A stretch of DNA of 64,000 bases from Microbotryum violaceum (taxonomy: Eukaryota): assembly GCA_001244265.2 (NCBI GenBank), contig CDLV01000004.1, positions 434,001-498,000 of the forward strand, in the 5' to 3' direction. The notes below the pieces were generated by a model. That model ran no database searches. It was given only the letters and a program-made list of their open reading frames with translations, and was not told the DNA's origin. The position numbers and the translations under genes were made by a program. Positions 54,108 to 64,000 of the stretch are shown piece after piece. Each line of letters starts with the position of its first letter. The first letter of the stretch is position 1.

Positions 54108-56113
54108 CAATTCTCAGTTGGCTTGTAGACTAAGGAGAACAGCCTGACTTTGAGACCTTATCTAGTGCAGCAAACAACTCGTGATATAGTCTCGAGTGGT
54201 GCTCTAATTACATACATCAACCACATCAACCTAAAAATGTGTAACATCTCCAGATTCGAAGATGTGGTGGTCTTGGAATTGGACAAGGTTTCTAAAGGAT
54301 TGAAGTTAATGAGCAATTGGAAAAACTGCGCCCCTGTATCTTCAACCGGACGACCAAATGGAGAGCGCTCTGCCTCGTGTCAGTGCCAGGCGTCGACTCG
54401 GCGCAGAGGGGTCGCAGTTGAATGTGGAAACACAGATATCGCATATGTGTTGGGAGCTGTTACAGCTGGCCCTGCGCCTTGCGCAAGCTCGGCTGCGGCG
54501 GGAGGCGACCGCATTGTATTTGGGATGATGGACACGAGTTGGCGGAGACGTTCGACACCAATCAGGCTGAGGGTGCGAGGACCATCTACATCGAATCTCT
54601 CGTACAACCGCTGGATGTCCATGGCAACTGGAAGACATCGACCAACGAAAGCAATCGCTTCTCCTTCAGCGTCGTTATACCTAGCTCAACAAAGCACACA
54701 ACTTCGCCGGCGCGCTGTGAATTGTCGGCCTCCATTGACATCTGTGGATCCCAGATTTGCTGTAAAAAGTCTCTCTGCTGACATCAGATGTGATGAGTTG
54801 TTTTGGTGGCACTCACTCGCACAAATCTAGCCGTCTTGCAGTTGATGGTGCCTTGCGTGTTTCGCATCTTGTTACCGGATCCGAGCAACGTGACTGCCAA
54901 TGCACCTGCACCCTCAAGGCGCCGCCATCCTTTGTCAAGCGAGCTGCCAAAGTCCATCGCATAGAGGGTTCTTGGTGTAGTCGTTTGCATTCGACACCAG
55001 AGAGTTATCGACGTGACACTGCCTCCGTGGAAGACTGCGACCTCTTTGGTCAAGTCGACAAAATCTTGCGAAGGGCGTCGCGCCGTTTTCTTGAGCGTGT
55101 GCAGCTTGTAGCCCGGCAGCTGGGCATGCAAGGCATGACCCCTCGCAAAGTGTCCCGGAGATCGTCCATTGTAGGTATGTCGTACTTGAGTCGGAGGATC
55201 ATCATCATGTTCCGCATCTCCGCCGAATTCATGCCAGACTCAACAAGTTTTGACTTGCTTCTCATCCCCCCTTTGATGTAACCCATCATCGTCTCCGTTC
55301 TGCAAGCCGAGTACTCGCGAAGCGGCCCCATTATCTTCATAACATCGGGAACGTGCATAAGACGATGATTCGTGGCGGGGGAACAGATGAAGGAACTCGG
55401 AATCTCGATCATAGAGAAGCTTCTTGCGCAGTAGCAGCGTCTGTTTGATGAGAACATAGAGGTAGGTGTACATGATGGGAACCTCGCCCTTTTCATTGAG
55501 CTCGTATAGACTAAGTTGTTCGAGCCGGTCGACGTCCGGTAGGCGATCTAAAAAGTCAACGGAGTTGTCGATGAAGACATCGGTCTTCATTGCCACAAAC
55601 ATCCGGATGGTGAGCGCCGTCAGTTGCTCGAACTTGGGTTCCTTGAATTGCTAGTACGAAAGCGGTCCCAGGTCACGCAAGATGAACAGTTCCCGTTCGA
55701 TTGCTTTCCATTTTTTCCTTTTCTTGGCTAAGGGCCTGACAATCACACCCTCCACTCTTGCGAGGTACGGCCAAGACAACAGCTGCGCACGAGTCATGCA
55801 AGTGATCACGTCGGAGGACAACATCATGGAGTGCCTGCGTGCCTTCGAGTCCAAGTTGCCAACGAGGATATTGATGAAAGTGCTGCCACTGTTGATACCA
55901 ATCAGATGCATATAATCCAATGGTAGGAACATGGAGTAAGCATCCTTGAACAAGTCAAGCGCCTCGATCGGAGCTTCGCCTGATATCCCCGTACAACGCC
56001 GCAGCGATTCAAGCTTGGTCGGGTGTCGTTTCATTGATTTGACCACCCGACGGGAGTGCTTGTAGTTGCGCTCGTTATCCAATCGAACGTCCCGTCCACC
56101 GGGGGTTTGGAAT

Positions 56114-60881
<4,768 letters not shown>

Positions 60882-61497
60882 GGAATGTTGTGGCGGTGTC
60901 GACAAGCCCAGCCCACTCGGGATGGTCGAGCACCAATATGATCACTCCCTCGTCGTTTTCGAACATTTTCACATGAGGAACACAGAACGGCAGATAGCCT
61001 TTAGTGTTTCCAGGTGCGTAATGAGGTATGCTGATGATCGAGCAGATCAAGCACGAAGCGAGGCCTCTTGCTCCCACAAGGTTTCCAAGGGCTGCTTGCT
61101 CCAGCGTGTCGGCTATGCAAGCCATAATCCTGTCTCTGCAAAGCACGTGCCTGTCCCGAGCGGCTGAAAAGGATGTGCGCTCCCCTTCGAAGATGTGAAG
61201 CCGTTGACAGAATGTTTTGAGGAATGACTGCTCGTCTTTGGGTTTCTGAGGGCCGTTCACAGAGATGACAAAGTGCGATGATAGCTTCCAACAAAGTTCG
61301 GGGGGCAGGGTCATGGGTATCACCCTGGAGATGTGGGCGTTGACCTTGCGATTGGCGTTGGAGTGCGTGAGCACTTCGGTTCCATCGGAGAAGGTTGCAA
61401 GAGGGATGTCATCCGGCTTGAGATCGCCGTTTGCGTAAAGCGTCCGTGCGTGTAAGCCGTCAACCCATTGCCTCACGAACGGGTAAGAGCCCGAGCC

Positions 61498-61890
61498 TGT
61501 TGTGGGAAATTAGTAAAGGGTCAGCGGTCCAGAGGGACTTGTGGCATTGGGAAGTTGGCGCGCGCGTGGCGCGGCGCCGGCCGGATGGAGGCAGATGGCG
61601 GTGTGGCGTATTGATTGGACTCAAAGGTGGCTTGCACGCGGATACTATCTAAGGCTCTGGTCTCGTTCACTCTCTCCTTCTTCTTTAACACACACTCAAT
61701 ATCTATCCCGCCCATTCGCCTGCTACAAGTTGGTTGACCTTGGCAATACTCTATCTCACAATAGGTTAGTTGTAATACATTTAAACACACACTCGATATC
61801 TATCTCGCCCATTCGCCTGCTACAAGTTGATTGACCTTGGCGATACTCTATCTCACAATAGGTCATCTATCAACCCCGTGTAGCTACATC
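61498..61890 (+). mobile_element. Solo or truncated LTR of a related Copia family (C)
   Basis: Starts TGTTGTGGGAAATTAGT; same layout as family-B LTRs but diverged; 3' boundary and TSD unclear. Confidence 0.8.
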
Positions 61891-63177
61891 GAATCTTCAT
61901 TCATTCATTGGTACTCCAAGTCCAAATCCACAACAGAGCCACCTGACACCTTGTGCAAGTCGACGACGTCGTTGCTCGGCTTGGCATTGGCGAGGGTCGG
62001 GCCAATTACTGGGTGTGCACGAAGCGCTTCAACAAAAGGGGCGGGGTCATAAAAACGCTGCGTTGACCGTGCAATCTTCTCGCCATTCTTCCCCAGCGTG
62101 AAACGGTTCTCGCGGCACCCGGGCGTTGGACACTCCTCAAGATCTTCGAGCCGTTTGGCGCCATAGGACACCTGTTTTTTTTTTGAGTTTTTGTCCTGAT
62201 CCCTTTTACGATAATCAGGACAAAAAGCTTAAAAAAAAGAGGGCCTTGAATGGTCTATATAGTCTAGGCTGCAGATTGTCTCATTTGTTCGCATGTGCCA
62301 TGAGAGTTCCCTAGCAATTCTCCCGATTTTTAGTAGCCCTATTAATAACGACATTACTCATTAAAAGGTTTCGTCTAAAGCAGATAACCATGGTATAAAA
62401 TACCTTTATCTACTAGCGCCTTTTTATTTTCTTTTTGTCTCAGACAAAAACGACAAAAACGACGCAACCTTTGGGGCACTTCCCGACCTCCACAGTTCTG
62501 AAGCCGGTGAGATATCGTATCGTTCGGACCATTTTGTACTCGGACATGTCGCTGAGGTCGGCGTTGTGGAAAGTGTAGGTGCGCAGCAATGTGAGGAGGT
62601 CAGTCCAAGCGTCTCTCGAAAGCGAATGGTCCCGCTTGAACATGTAAAGTTGTAGCTTTGCAAGGTCATGGGGTGGAAGCGTTCGACTTTGAAGTCCTGT
62701 ATGAGGTAGTTACAGCATCAGCCCTCGTGTTCGTGTCAAATACGACCACTTGAAGCACAGCAAAACTTTGAGTCACCTTCGGCACCAAGCTCGGCGAGAT
62801 GAGCCTCAAGCGCGGCAATCTCATCTTCAGTGGGCTCGGGCTCTTCTGCCCCCTTGGACATCCTCTTCCTCTCTTGCGCCTCTCAGGAAGTTCTCATCGC
62901 TTTGCGCTCCACCCGCATGGGAGTCCGTATCGCTGGTATCTCTGTCACTATCATGTTCCTCCTATTAGAACCTAAAGCCGAGGCACGAGATAAGTTTAGT
63001 ACGAGAGCCGAGGATGATAGTAAAGACAGTTGGAGAAAGAAGACAAGCGCAGAGTAGGAGCGCGCGAGGCAACTAATATCAACAACTAGTAACTAATCAT
63101 GATCGGTAATAGAAGTGGGATGAAACAGCAATATACACTCTGACAACATTAAGCGTAATGGAGCCCTGCCCAACACG

Positions 63178-64000
63178 TTGATGTCAACTATTGAAGCTGT
63201 TGCCAATGCCGGTTGCCTCGCGTACATCGAAATACCGAGACAGCGCCAAGGGCAGCCACTTGCCGAGAAAATACACGATCCAGACCCTCGGAAGCAACCC
63301 AGGAACGATGGGTCGCGGTCGAAGTCGAAGATCACCTCCAATTCGCTAACCGACTCTGAGACGTCATTTGGCATCCAGACTCCTCAGATGAAAGCGAGGC
63401 TCTCGGAAACGATTGATGACCGGCTAGTCGAAGGCAATTTGGGATGGCCTACCGACGCTCACAACACCTACTTTCGCGACAATCGGGTGTTGCTCGCCAC
63501 GGTCTGCTATTCGCCAAGCGCTCGTCACTGGTTTCCGATCCTGTACTCCGTCGGCAACCACGAGTGATCGGGCTTCTACCGCCGACATTTTGCGCACCTA
63601 TTCCAGATTCTTGACGATGCCAATTATAGCGTGGAGGACATCGTCAACGGAGTCACATTTGTTGTCGATTATTCAAACGCGCAGATTTCGGGTCTTCGCC
63701 AAGCCATTTCGGATTGGTACGTGGCACGCAAGACCGCAGATGTGGGACGCTTGAACGTCACACCCAATCAGGTGTCACAGTGGACTGCAGAGGCTATTCA
63801 GATTGGCGAGAAGGCGGCAAGCGGGTGCGCCTTTCACTTCATTGAGCAGGTCAGGAGGTTCGGGGCGACATCTCAGTACGCAAACGGAGCGCAAACGATT
63901 TGCAATGCTGGTCAACACCATGCGCAACGCGAAGTCCCATGCATCGATTGAGTCCATGGCAAAGCGCACAATCGATGAGTTTCCTGTGTCAGAGAATTGG
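63178..64000 (+). pseudogene. MULE/Mutator-like transposase fragment with in-frame stop, runs off window
   Basis: TDAHNTYF..LLATVCYS..WFPILYS, YRRHFAHLF, VVDYSNAQISGL, GCAFHF (D..D and CxxH pattern). Confidence 0.65.

Noticed and set aside
63153-63164. GCGTAATGGAGC as inverted partner of the hAT-like end at 54092-54107
   Set aside because: Only 12 nt, lacks the terminal CAGG and has no matching 8-bp TSD

Overview
TE-dense region of a fungal genome. Short GT-AG introns, KDZ, CACTA, Copia and Helitron families and CpG/TCG-biased transitions point to a basidiomycete, probably Microbotryomycetes (inference). The first ~11 kb holds three host genes: a Gln/Gly/Tyr-rich vWA-domain protein, a conserved hypothetical protein and a Cys- and Ser/Thr-rich secreted/GPI-type protein. 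The rest is nested mobile DNA: two KDZ transposon copies (one split by a 1.2-kb inversion), three full-length Ty1/Copia elements plus a solo LTR, a head-to-tail Helitron cluster, an L1/Tx1-type LINE inside a TIR-element relic, a CACTA element interrupted several times, and a MULE-like pseudogene. Two signals stand out. (1) LTRs of three distinct Copia families share one design: a GT..AG intron-like segment whose 3' end duplicates the sequence just upstream of its donor. This suggests an intron that could be regenerated at each strand transfer. (2) An isolated 67-aa ORF ending EER-NPKDNVLGGEF-CIIA looks like a lipopeptide pheromone precursor. Many ORF frameshifts fall in homopolymers and may be assembly errors. 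All calls were made by eye with no database searches.
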